The position numbers and the translations under genes were made by a program. Below, piece by piece: positions 18,991 through 27,591 of a stretch of 55,942 nt of DNA. The stretch lies in assembly GCA_002385805.1 (NCBI GenBank), contig DGEF01000124.1:1-55942 (forward strand). The letters are read 5' to 3'. The notes beneath the pieces were generated by a model. The model ran no database searches, was not told where the DNA came from, and saw only the letters and a list, made by a program, of their open reading frames with translations. This stretch comes from Peptococcaceae bacterium UBA3933 (GTDB taxonomy: Bacteria; Bacillota; Peptococcia; Peptococcales; BICA1-8). The first letter of the stretch is position 1; every line of letters starts with the position of its first letter.

Positions 18991-19458
18991 TTATAAATGC
19001 AAATGATTTTTTATTTCTACCGGTAGTGAACATATAAGATATGGTGCCACCCTAGCTATTCTACTGATGGCCCAAATTAATCCCTGGTGACACATGGGGT
19101 TAGCTAAAGAATTAGTTATCAGTAAAGAAGTAAAGTTACCAAATAAATGGGGCTGGCTACTTATGATGCTGGCCATAGCCTCCGGAGAACCCCAAGGCAC
19201 ATTACCGGACTCTTGATCCATGGACAAAACAAGGCGCTCCAAAAAGTTTTTATACACTTCCGGTTTTTGAGAACCGAATTCTTTAGCCAATCTACCTAAA
19301 GCTTCAATAGCATACCATCTCAATGGGTTATGATAACCATGATATAAATTCAAGCGAATATACCTTAAAACTTTTTTGTGATTTTTAGCCGCAATTTTAA
19401 TTAAAGCATCATATTTTTGCTCTGCTAACAATTGGACCACTAGCTGTTTGTTTACCAC
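18991..19458 (-). CDS. hypothetical helical-repeat (HEAT-like) protein, first gene of the ahb operon
   Basis: 155 aa and helical. Contains an RWYAIEALGRLA-type motif reminiscent of HEAT repeats. No catalytic motif recognised. Confidence 0.4.
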   Translation of the reverse strand: MVNKQLVVQLLAEQKYDALIKIAAKNHKKVLRYIRLNLYHGYHNPLRWYAIEALGRLAKEFGSQKPEVYKNFLERLVLSMDQESGNVPWGSPEAMASIISSQPHLFGNFTSLLITNSLANPMCHQGLIWAISRIARVAPYLICSLPVEIKNHLHL

Positions 19459-19522
19459 TTAAAACCCTCCGCTTTTATACCATCACTCCTATATAATTTA
19501 ACCTGTAAAAATTTTTTTATAA

Positions 19523-19544
19523 GATTTAAGAAGGATTTAAGAAG
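19523..19544 (+). repeat. perfect tandem direct repeat, 2 x 11 bp (GATTTAAGAAG)
   Basis: Read directly: 19523-19533 equals 19534-19544. It ends 15 nt upstream of a -35 box. Confidence 0.9.
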
Positions 19545-19559
19545 GAAAATTAACTCACT

Positions 19560-19588
19560 TTGACAAATATCATATTAAAAAGTAATAT
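19560..19588 (+). promoter_or_regulatory. near-consensus sigma-A-type promoter for the 19611 gene
   Basis: TTGACA (19560-19565), a 17-nt spacer, then TAATAT (19583-19588). The GGAGG RBS and ATG follow. Confidence 0.6.
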
Positions 19589-19610
19589 AAAGTTGCGGAG
19601 GTAAAGGCAA

Positions 19611-20720
19611 ATGGGTTTTATGAGTGTTTTAAAAAATATCCTGGGTCCCAAACCCCCTAAGAAAAAGAAACCTATTACCCAAATGCAGTTAGAAATTTCC
19701 CATTTATCACCTACGGAACCAGAGGAAAATAAGTTCATGGACAAAGAAGTGTTTTTAAGAATAGCTAACTTCTTTGACCAGGTAAAAGTAGTCAATTTCT
19801 CAGGTTGGGGAGATCCTCTGGAACATCCTGAAGCTTTGGAAATGTTCAGGATTGCCCGCGAAAAGGGAGGCCGAGTACATATTGTTACGGAAGGAAAACT
19901 CCTTACACCTTCTCTCTGCCAACAAATTGTTGAACTGGGAATCGAAAAACTTACTATTAAACTTTGCCCTCCCCACAATACACTGGACCAGGTAAGAGAA
20001 AGTCTGGAAAATATTTTAAGCCTACGGAAAAATGACCCTGAGATTATCCTGGATTATAAACTGACAGTTAATAATTTAAACCTGTTACCTCAAGTTTTGG
20101 AATCCGCATCCTCTTTAAATATTAACGAATTCAAAACCAGTAACCTTGATTTTATTTTCACGGAAGAATTAAATAATTCTAAAGTTTTTGAAGGTAAAGT
20201 ATCCGATGAAAACAGAGGTGATTTAATAAAGCAAGGTAAGGTAAAAGGAAAAGCGGAATATGAGGAGATCATTAGCCAGACAGAAAAAATCGCCAACAAG
20301 TTAGGTGTTTATTTCACCCCTCCCCAGACACTGGTCCCCAAAGAAGCTGTTGTTTGTGAGTATGAACCTTTAAAGAATGTCTTTATTACCTGGGAAGGAC
20401 GCCTTGCCCCTTGTCCTTTTCTATCCTTGAACAAAATTAGTTACTATTTTAATGAACAAAAATTAGAACAAACACCCTACATTGTAGGTGATTTAAAAAC
20501 AACTGACCTGGAAAATCTGTGGAATGAAAATAAATATGAAGAATTTCGGAATGTTTACCAAAAAAGAGTACAGTTATTTAATGCATACATGGAAGAAACT
20601 TTTGAAGGTGAACCTAATGCCCAATTACTAGCTAATAACTATGAAAAATTAGATAGGCAGTTACTAGAAAATAAGGTGCCTGACTGTTGCCGCAGTTGTT
20701 ATAAAGCTTATAGCATATAA
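19611..20720 (+). CDS. radical-SAM-fold/SPASM-like protein lacking the CxxxCxxC SAM-cluster motif
   Basis: Retains GWGDPLEHP (equivalent to GGEPLL.P), VTEGKLL (equivalent to TNG.LL) and a SPASM-like C-terminus (VVCEYEP..GRLAPCPF..VGDL..LW..CCRSCYKAY). The cluster-loop position reads LEISHLSPTEPEEN, with no Cys. Confidence 0.6.
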   Translation: MGFMSVLKNILGPKPPKKKKPITQMQLEISHLSPTEPEENKFMDKEVFLRIANFFDQVKVVNFSGWGDPLEHPEALEMFRIAREKGGRVHIVTEGKLLTPSLCQQIVELGIEKLTIKLCPPHNTLDQVRESLENILSLRKNDPEIILDYKLTVNNLNLLPQVLESASSLNINEFKTSNLDFIFTEELNNSKVFEGKVSDENRGDLIKQGKVKGKAEYEEIISQTEKIANKLGVYFTPPQTLVPKEAVVCEYEPLKNVFITWEGRLAPCPFLSLNKISYYFNEQKLEQTPYIVGDLKTTDLENLWNENKYEEFRNVYQKRVQLFNAYMEETFEGEPNAQLLANNYEKLDRQLLENKVPDCCRSCYKAYSI

Positions 20721-20746
20721 ATAAAGTCGCTTTAAAGCGACTTTAT
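20721..20746. terminator. bidirectional hairpin between convergent genes
   Basis: AAAGTCGCT-TTAA-AGCGACTTT, flanked by A/T runs. Confidence 0.7.
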
Positions 20747-20977
20747 TAGTTTTACTTTAATATTATTTAACATATCCTTTTTTAAAAAAATCTGATTATA
20801 TCCAACCTGGACTAACCATTCCATGGCTTCCACAGCTTGTTGTAAAACTATCACATACATACCTTTAGCAATTCCTAATTTTTCGTGTACATAAATTGTC
20901 TTCCCATTTTCTTTCATTTCAACTATTTCCCCAATCTGGCCAACTTTTAGTTTAGCCAAGCTAATTATCTCCGACAT
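20732..20977 (-). CDS. FeoA-domain (SH3-like) protein
   Basis: LAKLKVGQIGEIVEM...EKLGIAKGMYVIV fits the FeoA pattern. No feoB gene is adjacent. Confidence 0.6.
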   Translation of the reverse strand: MSEIISLAKLKVGQIGEIVEMKENGKTIYVHEKLGIAKGMYVIVLQQAVEAMEWLVQVGYNQIFLKKDMLNNIKVKLIKSL

Positions 20978-21003
20978 ATTTACCCCCTTCTGCCTCTGAT
21001 TTC

Positions 21004-21759
21004 TTATTCTTCTGCCTCTTCAGCCAACTTTTTTTGCTTTTTCCGATATATAATTATGGAAATAATAATACTAAATTCATATAAAACAATCATTGGTAAA
21101 GCTAAAAATAACTGGGTGAAAATATCAGGGCCTGGTGAAAGAACAGCAGCCAGCACAAAAATGAAAAATATTACGTAACGTCGATTTTTTCTTAAGAATT
21201 TTGGTGTAATTAAACCCATGCGGGTTAGAAAATAAGTAACCAAGGGAATCTCAAAAACCAACCCGAAAGGAAGTAAAAATGAAATAATGAAAGAAACATA
21301 TTTACTTACAGAAATCATGGGGGTGAGACCGCCACTAAAGGTAACCAAAAGTACTCGTAACCCTAAGTCTAAAACACAAACATAACCAAACACAATTCCG
21401 GTTGCAAAAAGTATAAGACCACTAAAAAAAACGGGTAAAAACACTTTTTTCTCATGGCTATATAAAGCCGGGAGAATAAACTTTAAAACTTGCCAGATCA
21501 CAATAGGACTGACTAAAATAGTTCCCCCAAAAAAAGAAACTTTTAATTGAGTAAAGAAACCTTCGGTAACGCCCAAGAAAACCAATTCTTCTCCTAACCG
21601 TTCCAAAGGATCAACAAGGATCGCCATTATTTGATCTAATAAAAAAACATAACTTACTACTGTTCCGGATAAAATAGCTAAAAAGGAGACAATGAGCACC
21701 CTTCGCAGCTCTTCTAAATGTTGGGTTAAAGGCACATTCTTCTCATCCATCTTCTTCAC
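21004..21759 (-). CDS. tatC: twin-arginine translocase subunit TatC
   Basis: 251 aa with 6 TM helices. Starts with the PLTQHLEELRRVLI motif typical of TatC. Confidence 0.9.
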   Translation of the reverse strand: MKKMDEKNVPLTQHLEELRRVLIVSFLAILSGTVVSYVFLLDQIMAILVDPLERLGEELVFLGVTEGFFTQLKVSFFGGTILVSPIVIWQVLKFILPALYSHEKKVFLPVFFSGLILFATGIVFGYVCVLDLGLRVLLVTFSGGLTPMISVSKYVSFIISFLLPFGLVFEIPLVTYFLTRMGLITPKFLRKNRRYVIFFIFVLAAVLSPGPDIFTQLFLALPMIVLYEFSIIISIIIYRKKQKKLAEEAEE

Positions 21760-21783
21760 CTAACAGTAATTGTTTTATGTTCA

Positions 21784-21972
21784 TTAGTTCTTTTTAACTT
21801 CTCCAGTATCGGGTTCCTTAACAGCACCTTTAAACTCTTTAATACTTTTTCCTAAGGCCTTGCCAACCTCCGGTAGCTTGCCGGGGCCAAAAATAATTAA
21901 AGCCAAAACTAGAATTAGAAAAATCTCAGGTAACCCTATATTAGGTAAAAATCCAAAACTCATTTTTCTCAC
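21784..21972 (-). CDS. tatA: twin-arginine translocase subunit TatA/E
   Basis: 62 aa. [28 protein letters not shown] is the canonical TatA hinge. Confidence 0.9.
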   Translation of the reverse strand: MRKMSFGFLPNIGLPEIFLILVLALIIFGPGKLPEVGKALGKSIKEFKGAVKEPDTGEVKKN

Positions 21973-22187
21973 ATCCTTTTAGTTCTTATCTAAATAATAT
22001 CATAAATAGTAATCTAATAAAATAAAATTTCCTTTTTCAAGTGTATTTTCAAACTTTACCCTGATACTCAATAGTTTCTTACAAAATAACCATGAGATAG
22101 CAGGATTTTCATTTTTTTTGGCGTATAGAAGATGTGTCAAATTAATTCTAATTTTGTTAAAAATAATATAATATTGGAGGTTTAATT

Positions 22188-23042
22188 GTGGAAAAAATCG
22201 CTTTGGTTACTGACAGTTCCTGCGACCTACCTGAACAAATATTAGAAAAATACAACATTCATGTTATTCCTTTACATATTATTTTTAAAGACGGTGATTA
22301 TCGTGATGGTATAGACATTACTCCCAGGGAATTCTATGAAAAATTAAATATTGAAGAAATTCCCTCCACATCCATGCCTTCACCAGGAGAGATCTGGAAA
22401 CTTTTTTTAAAATTAAAAGAAGAAGGCTATACCCATATCTTAGCAATTCATCTTTCCAGTGGACTAAGCGGTACTTTCTCTTTAGTAGAAAGTTTAAAAG
22501 ATAAAGTAAATGAACTAGGCATGTCCCTGACAGTAATTAATTCGAAAGCATTATCTATGGGTTTAGGTTTTTTAGTCATACACGCCGGAGAGCTTATCCG
22601 CAAAAAAATACCTTTTCAACAAATAATTGAAAAAATAGAAGACCTTGTAAAAGAAACTAAAGTTTTTTTTGTTTTAAAAACTCTGGAATATTTACGTAAA
22701 GGTGGACGAATCGGATTAGTGGAAGGTACCATTGGTGATATTTTAGATATAAAACCCATAATCTCCATTAATAAGGATGGAATCTATTATTCAGTAGCTA
22801 AAGTTCGTGGACGAGCCAGGTCATTAAACAAGCTAATAGAAGTTGCCCGAGAAGCTATAGGAGAAAGAGGAGTTTACCTTGCTGTTATGCATGGTGCTGC
22901 TTTAGATGAAGCCCAGGCTGTTATGGAAAAAATAAAAAAAGAAGTAAACGCTGTCCAGTCATTCATCGGCGAAATAACCCCTTCCTTAGGTGCCCATACA
23001 GGCCATGGGTTGATTGGTATAACTTTTTGCCCGGCTCCATAA
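22188..23042 (+). CDS. DegV-family fatty-acid-binding protein
   Basis: IALVTDSSCDLP N-terminus, STSMPSPGE, and LEYLRKGGRIG motifs. Confidence 0.9.
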   Translation: MEKIALVTDSSCDLPEQILEKYNIHVIPLHIIFKDGDYRDGIDITPREFYEKLNIEEIPSTSMPSPGEIWKLFLKLKEEGYTHILAIHLSSGLSGTFSLVESLKDKVNELGMSLTVINSKALSMGLGFLVIHAGELIRKKIPFQQIIEKIEDLVKETKVFFVLKTLEYLRKGGRIGLVEGTIGDILDIKPIISINKDGIYYSVAKVRGRARSLNKLIEVAREAIGERGVYLAVMHGAALDEAQAVMEKIKKEVNAVQSFIGEITPSLGAHTGHGLIGITFCPAP

Positions 23043-23059
23043 TTATTAAAACTATAGAT

Positions 23060-23100
23060 AAAGGGATATAATTTCCTGCGAAATTATATCCCTTTATTTT
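23060..23100. terminator. bidirectional terminator
   Basis: 16-bp stem AAAGGGATATAATTTC / GAAATTATATCCCTTT followed by a T-run. Confidence 0.85.
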
Positions 23101-24768
23101 TTAACGTTCCCCAAGCACATACTCGGCAATATTAACCGCATGGTCACCTATTCGTTCCAAATTACTTAAAATGCCTAAAAAAACCGTACTGGCATTTCCG
23201 CTACAGGCTCCCTCATTTAATCTTATGATATGGCTTCTCCTTAAGTCTTTTTCCATTTGGTCAATTAAATCGTCATTGGCTACTACCTCTTGGGCTAATT
23301 GTTTATTCTCAGTTTTTAAAGCCTCTAGGGATTTAGCTAAAATCCCTTTTACTTCTTTGATCATTTTTTTCAAATCTTCCTGGGCAATTTCCGAGAACTT
23401 AACATTATTTTCTATAGCATATTCTGTTAATTCTAAAAGATTATCAGAATGATCCCCCACCCGTTCCAAATCACCTACAACTTGCAAAATTACATAACTG
23501 CGCCGGGACAGCTCATCACTAAGTTTCTTACTTCCTGTAGCTTTTAGAGTATAATTTGTAATCTCTGTTTCCAGCCTGTCCACAGCGTCTTCAAACTGTC
23601 TGGCCATCTGTAAACTTTCTTGATTTTGGGTAAATAAAAAATCAACAGCATAATTAAAAGTCTCGCTAGCTATACGGCCCATGCGTAATAGCTCTCTACT
23701 GGCATTGGCAATAGCTACAGGTGCATTTCCAAGTAAACGTGGTTCTAAGTATTGAGGTTTAGTATCTATAGTACTTTCTTCACCCGGCACTAACTTGGAA
23801 ACAATAGCAGCCAGTAAGCCAACAAAAGGTAGTTGGATTATAGTATTACTTATATTGAAAAAACCGTGAGTTTGGGCTATTTGCATTTTTATATTTAAAG
23901 TTTCCCAGGTGCCATCAAAACCGGGAAGCAAAACATAAATAAAATCGGTAAACAGCCTTACTAATTCTGTAAAAATGCCTAGATAAAAAAGAGGTAAAAA
24001 GATACAAGTACCTATCACATTAAATAAAAGGTGAGTTAAAGCGGTCCTTCTGGCTGCTACTGATGCACCCAAACTGGCCAATATTGCGGTAATAGTAGTA
24101 CCGATGTTATCACCGAAAAGAATCGGTACTGCCTGAAAATAGGTAACAACCCCCTGATTAGCCAATTCCTGCAGAACACCGATAGTAGCACTACTACTTT
24201 GCACTACAGCGGTAAAAATTGTTCCTATAAATACACCTAAAAAAGCATTGTGTTCAACATTGCTCATTAAACCGATAAAGAAAGATGAATTCCGAAGAGG
24301 CCTCATGCCTTCACCCATAACATCCATTCCATAAAACAAAAGACCAAAACCAAATAAAATCTGGCCAAGGTAGTTTACCCGTTTATTCTTAAAGAAAAAA
24401 AGCAGTAATACCCCTAATGCAATCACAGGTAGAGCATAGTCACTTAATTTAAACCCGATTAAATAAGCGGTGATGGTTGTCCCAATATTAGCTCCCATGA
24501 TAACACCGATAGCTTGTCTCAAACGTAAAAGTCCAGCATTAACCAAACCGACAGTTAAAACGGTTGTTCCACTACTGCTTTGAATTAAAGCAGTCACCAA
24601 TGTTCCGGTGATAACCCCTCTGAAAGGAGTCCTTGTTCCTTTCTCCAAAATCAGTCTCAAACGGTCACCGGCCGTAGCTTGTAAACCTTCGGACATTGAT
24701 TTAATTCCAAAAAGAAATAAACCAAGCCCACCTAAAAAACTAAATAGCATAGGTGCTATGCCCGCCAT
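23101..24768 (-). CDS. Na+/phosphate cotransporter family protein (NptA-like) with C-terminal PhoU-like repeats
   Basis: Duplicated QSSSGTT / QSSSATI membrane motifs. The C-terminal helical repeats contain VGDHSDN and IGDHAVNIAE. Confidence 0.85.
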   Translation of the reverse strand: MAGIAPMLFSFLGGLGLFLFGIKSMSEGLQATAGDRLRLILEKGTRTPFRGVITGTLVTALIQSSSGTTVLTVGLVNAGLLRLRQAIGVIMGANIGTTITAYLIGFKLSDYALPVIALGVLLLFFFKNKRVNYLGQILFGFGLLFYGMDVMGEGMRPLRNSSFFIGLMSNVEHNAFLGVFIGTIFTAVVQSSSATIGVLQELANQGVVTYFQAVPILFGDNIGTTITAILASLGASVAARRTALTHLLFNVIGTCIFLPLFYLGIFTELVRLFTDFIYVLLPGFDGTWETLNIKMQIAQTHGFFNISNTIIQLPFVGLLAAIVSKLVPGEESTIDTKPQYLEPRLLGNAPVAIANASRELLRMGRIASETFNYAVDFLFTQNQESLQMARQFEDAVDRLETEITNYTLKATGSKKLSDELSRRSYVILQVVGDLERVGDHSDNLLELTEYAIENNVKFSEIAQEDLKKMIKEVKGILAKSLEALKTENKQLAQEVVANDDLIDQMEKDLRRSHIIRLNEGACSGNASTVFLGILSNLERIGDHAVNIAEYVLGER

Positions 24769-24953
24769 TTATCACACCCTCCAATAGTTATATAATATCT
24801 AAATACCCGTTAAAATTTAGCCTGTCATTCCTTTAGCATGCAGAAATATTAATTTTCGCACGAATTTAATATTACCATAATTCGTGTATTTAATAAAGCT
24901 TATTATACTTAGACAAAAAGATTGGAATATCCTTTTATTAATCGTTATTTTGC

Positions 24954-24988
24954 TAAAAAAACCTGGATTATACGGAATCCAGGTTTTA
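24954..24988 (-). terminator. terminator after rodA
   Basis: AACCTGGATT-loop-AATCCAGGTT, with a T-run on the minus strand. Confidence 0.8.
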
Positions 24989-25026
24989 TAAAATAGCGAC
25001 TATTAGGTTTTTTTATAAATAATTTG

Positions 25027-26154
25027 CTAAAAAAGTATTTTCTGCCTTCGCACATAAATATTACAAAGTAAAGCTAAACCGGACATATTGGTTAACATGG
25101 AACTACCGCCATAGCTTACAAACGGCAGGGGAATGCCTGTAATAGGCATAATCCCCATGGCCATGCCAACATTTTCAATAATGTGAAATAAATACATGGA
25201 AACTATACCTACCGCAATTAGGCTGCCGTATAAATCCTTGGAAAGTAAACTTATCCTTAAGCCCCTATAAATTAAAATTAAGTACAATAATAAAAGTAAC
25301 CCCGCTCCTATAAAGCCTAATTCTTCTGCTAATACGGAAAAAATAAAGTCTGTCCATTGTTCTGGTAAAAACTGTCCCATGCTTTGGGTACCCCCACCTA
25401 AACCTTTACCAAAAAAACCTCCGTTACCAATAGCAATTTTAGACTGCCACATATTCCAACCAGCTCCCCGCGGGTCTATACTCGAGTCAAAGACCACTAA
25501 AATACGGTTAAGCTGATAGGTTTTTAAAGGCAGCCACCAACCGAATTTTAAATGACCGTAAATATAAAATAGAGCACCGATTGTTCCACCGCCGAAAAGA
25601 GTAACCAGAATTACGGGATTAGCACCGGCTACAAATAACATTCCCACCATAACTGCAATAAATACTAAACCGGTTCCTAAATCCGGCTGTTTCAGGATTA
25701 GTAATAAAGGAATGGCTACAAAAACAAATGCAGGAATCAAATCTTTAAAAGTATTTAATTCTCCTTGCTTTTTTACCAAAAAGTGAGCAAAAGTTAAGAT
25801 TAAAAATATCTTTGAAAATTCTGCCGGCTGAATGCTTCCCAACCCGCCTGGTAACTGAATCCAGGATTTAGCTCCTTTTATTTCACTACCAAAAATTAAC
25901 ACTGAAATTAATAAAAGAAGATTAAAAAGATATAAATAGCGAGTATACTTAGTAAAAATAGTATAATCTATTCGTAAAATAATTAAAAAAACACCTATAC
26001 TTACAAAAATCCACATTATCTGTTTTATTAGATTGGATGAGGAAAGATGGGCAGTAGCACTGTTTAAAACAAACAAGCTCATCACGAGGATGAGCGCCAC
26101 AGCACCTAATAAAGTATGGTCAAGTTTTGGTAATATTTTTTTATAAAAATCCAT
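25027..26154 (-). CDS. rodA: SEDS-family peptidoglycan polymerase RodA (FtsW/RodA/SpoVE family)
   Basis: 375 aa and polytopic. Contains the PLPFVSYGGSS motif. Located just downstream of minCDE and pbp2. Confidence 0.85.
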   Translation of the reverse strand: MDFYKKILPKLDHTLLGAVALILVMSLFVLNSATAHLSSSNLIKQIMWIFVSIGVFLIILRIDYTIFTKYTRYLYLFNLLLLISVLIFGSEIKGAKSWIQLPGGLGSIQPAEFSKIFLILTFAHFLVKKQGELNTFKDLIPAFVFVAIPLLLILKQPDLGTGLVFIAVMVGMLFVAGANPVILVTLFGGGTIGALFYIYGHLKFGWWLPLKTYQLNRILVVFDSSIDPRGAGWNMWQSKIAIGNGGFFGKGLGGGTQSMGQFLPEQWTDFIFSVLAEELGFIGAGLLLLLYLILIYRGLRISLLSKDLYGSLIAVGIVSMYLFHIIENVGMAMGIMPITGIPLPFVSYGGSSMLTNMSGLALLCNIYVRRQKILF

Positions 26155-26177
26155 GTTTATTAACCTCCGGTTAATAT

Positions 26178-26478
26178 GTGGCTAGTTTTTAGTGGCTAGT
26201 GGCTAGATTTATGAACCACGGATAAACCTTGCAGAGTATCCCAAAATCAGTTACTGACCAAAGCATTAGCCCCAGAGACGTAATGCCGCCCCGAAAGCTA
26301 GGCCCGGAGGCCGTAATGCCGTCATGCAGGTTAGCTCGTGAGCAGTCATGCCGTCCCAAAATATTCGCCCAAAAGCCGTAATGCTTACATGCAATATATC
26401 TTAATTATATATGTTGCTGGGGGTAAGTTCCACCGGGAAAAAATTACTAAACCTTAACCTCTACTTTGACCTTATAGA
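26178..26478. repeat. composite word-array intergenic element, copy B
   Basis: In order: a GTGGCTAGT array (26178-26206) and ATTTATGAACCACGGATAAACC (26207-26228). Then four units with a 32-33-nt period (TAATGC/TCATGC cores at 26281, 26314, 26346, 26379), followed by AACCTTAACC words (26448-26478). Confidence 0.9.
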
Positions 26479-26481
26479 CCT

Positions 26482-26766
26482 TTAATTCGCACGAGCATCC
26501 TGGTAAGTACGCTTCATTTTGATAACGGGAATATTAGCCACAAGAGCAACAGAATCGTTATCACTGCTTAATTGCACATCTAACGCCTTTTCATCTATTT
26601 CCATATAGTTGGAAATAACTTGTATTAAATCTACTTTTAAACTTTCTAATAAATGAGGGGAAACACTCGCCCGGTCATGAACCAATACTAAACGCAATCT
26701 TTCCTTAGCCAGATTTTTACTCCCGGTTTTTTCTTTTCCCAATACACTTTTCAGGAAGTCGATCAT
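26482..26766 (-). CDS. minE: cell division topological specificity factor MinE
   Basis: 94 aa. Contains AKERLRLVLVHDR, and lies downstream of minD. Confidence 0.9.
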   Translation of the reverse strand: MIDFLKSVLGKEKTGSKNLAKERLRLVLVHDRASVSPHLLESLKVDLIQVISNYMEIDEKALDVQLSSDNDSVALVANIPVIKMKRTYQDARAN

Positions 26767-26779
26767 TTTTTTAACCCCC

Positions 26780-27580
26780 TTATTCCTTAAAGCCTAAAAA
26801 GCGCTTCAATTTATTTACCAGACCTTCTTCATATCTTTCCAGATTTATTAAGGGCACTTCCTCACCTAAAAGCCTTTTGGCTATGTTTCGGAAAGCTTGT
26901 CCTGCCCGAGACTGTATATCTAATACCACCGGTTCACCCCGGTTAGTAGAAACTACTATTTGTTCATCTTCCGGAACCACACCCAGTAATTCAATAGCCA
27001 AAATATCAATCATATCTTCAATATTCATCATATCTCCCCGTTTGACCATATCAGGGCGAATTCTGTTAATAATAAGTTTAGGGTCTCTCAGGTTGTTGGC
27101 CTCCAATAAACCTATAATTCTATCTGCATCCCGTACTGCGGATACCTCCGGAGTAGTAACCACTAAGGCTTTATGAGCTCCGGCAATGGCATTTTTAAAC
27201 CCTTGCTCGATTCCCGCAGGACAATCAATAATCACAAAATCAAATTCTTCTTGCAGAGACTCACATAAATTTTGCATTTCCGAAGCATTAACAGCAGTTT
27301 TATCTTTTGTTTGTGCAGCCGGTAGAAGAAACAAACCATCAAACCTTTTATCCTTAATCAAAGCCTGTCTCAAGCGACAATTTCCCTTAGTCACATCAAC
27401 TAAATCATAAACAATTCTGTTTTCCAAACCCATGACTACGTCTAAATTTCTTAAACCGATATCAGTGTCAACTAAGACAACTTTTTTCCCCAAAGCAGCT
27501 AGTCCCGTTCCAATATTAGCTGTAGTTGTGGTTTTTCCCACTCCACCTTTTCCAGATGTAACAACAACAACCTCTCCCAT
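26780..27580 (-). CDS. minD: septum site-determining ATPase MinD
   Basis: Deviant Walker A SGKGGVGKTT. Full-length MinD-like sequence. Confidence 0.95.
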   Translation of the reverse strand: MGEVVVVTSGKGGVGKTTTTANIGTGLAALGKKVVLVDTDIGLRNLDVVMGLENRIVYDLVDVTKGNCRLRQALIKDKRFDGLFLLPAAQTKDKTAVNASEMQNLCESLQEEFDFVIIDCPAGIEQGFKNAIAGAHKALVVTTPEVSAVRDADRIIGLLEANNLRDPKLIINRIRPDMVKRGDMMNIEDMIDILAIELLGVVPEDEQIVVSTNRGEPVVLDIQSRAGQAFRNIAKRLLGEEVPLINLERYEEGLVNKLKRFLGFKE

Positions 27581-27591
27581 GTTTTTCCTCC

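Noticed and set aside
19550-19978. 142-aa minus-strand ORF overlapping the start of the 19611 gene
   Set aside because: It is antisense to a gene with recognisable radical-SAM-fold motifs and spans that gene's promoter. It has no RBS.
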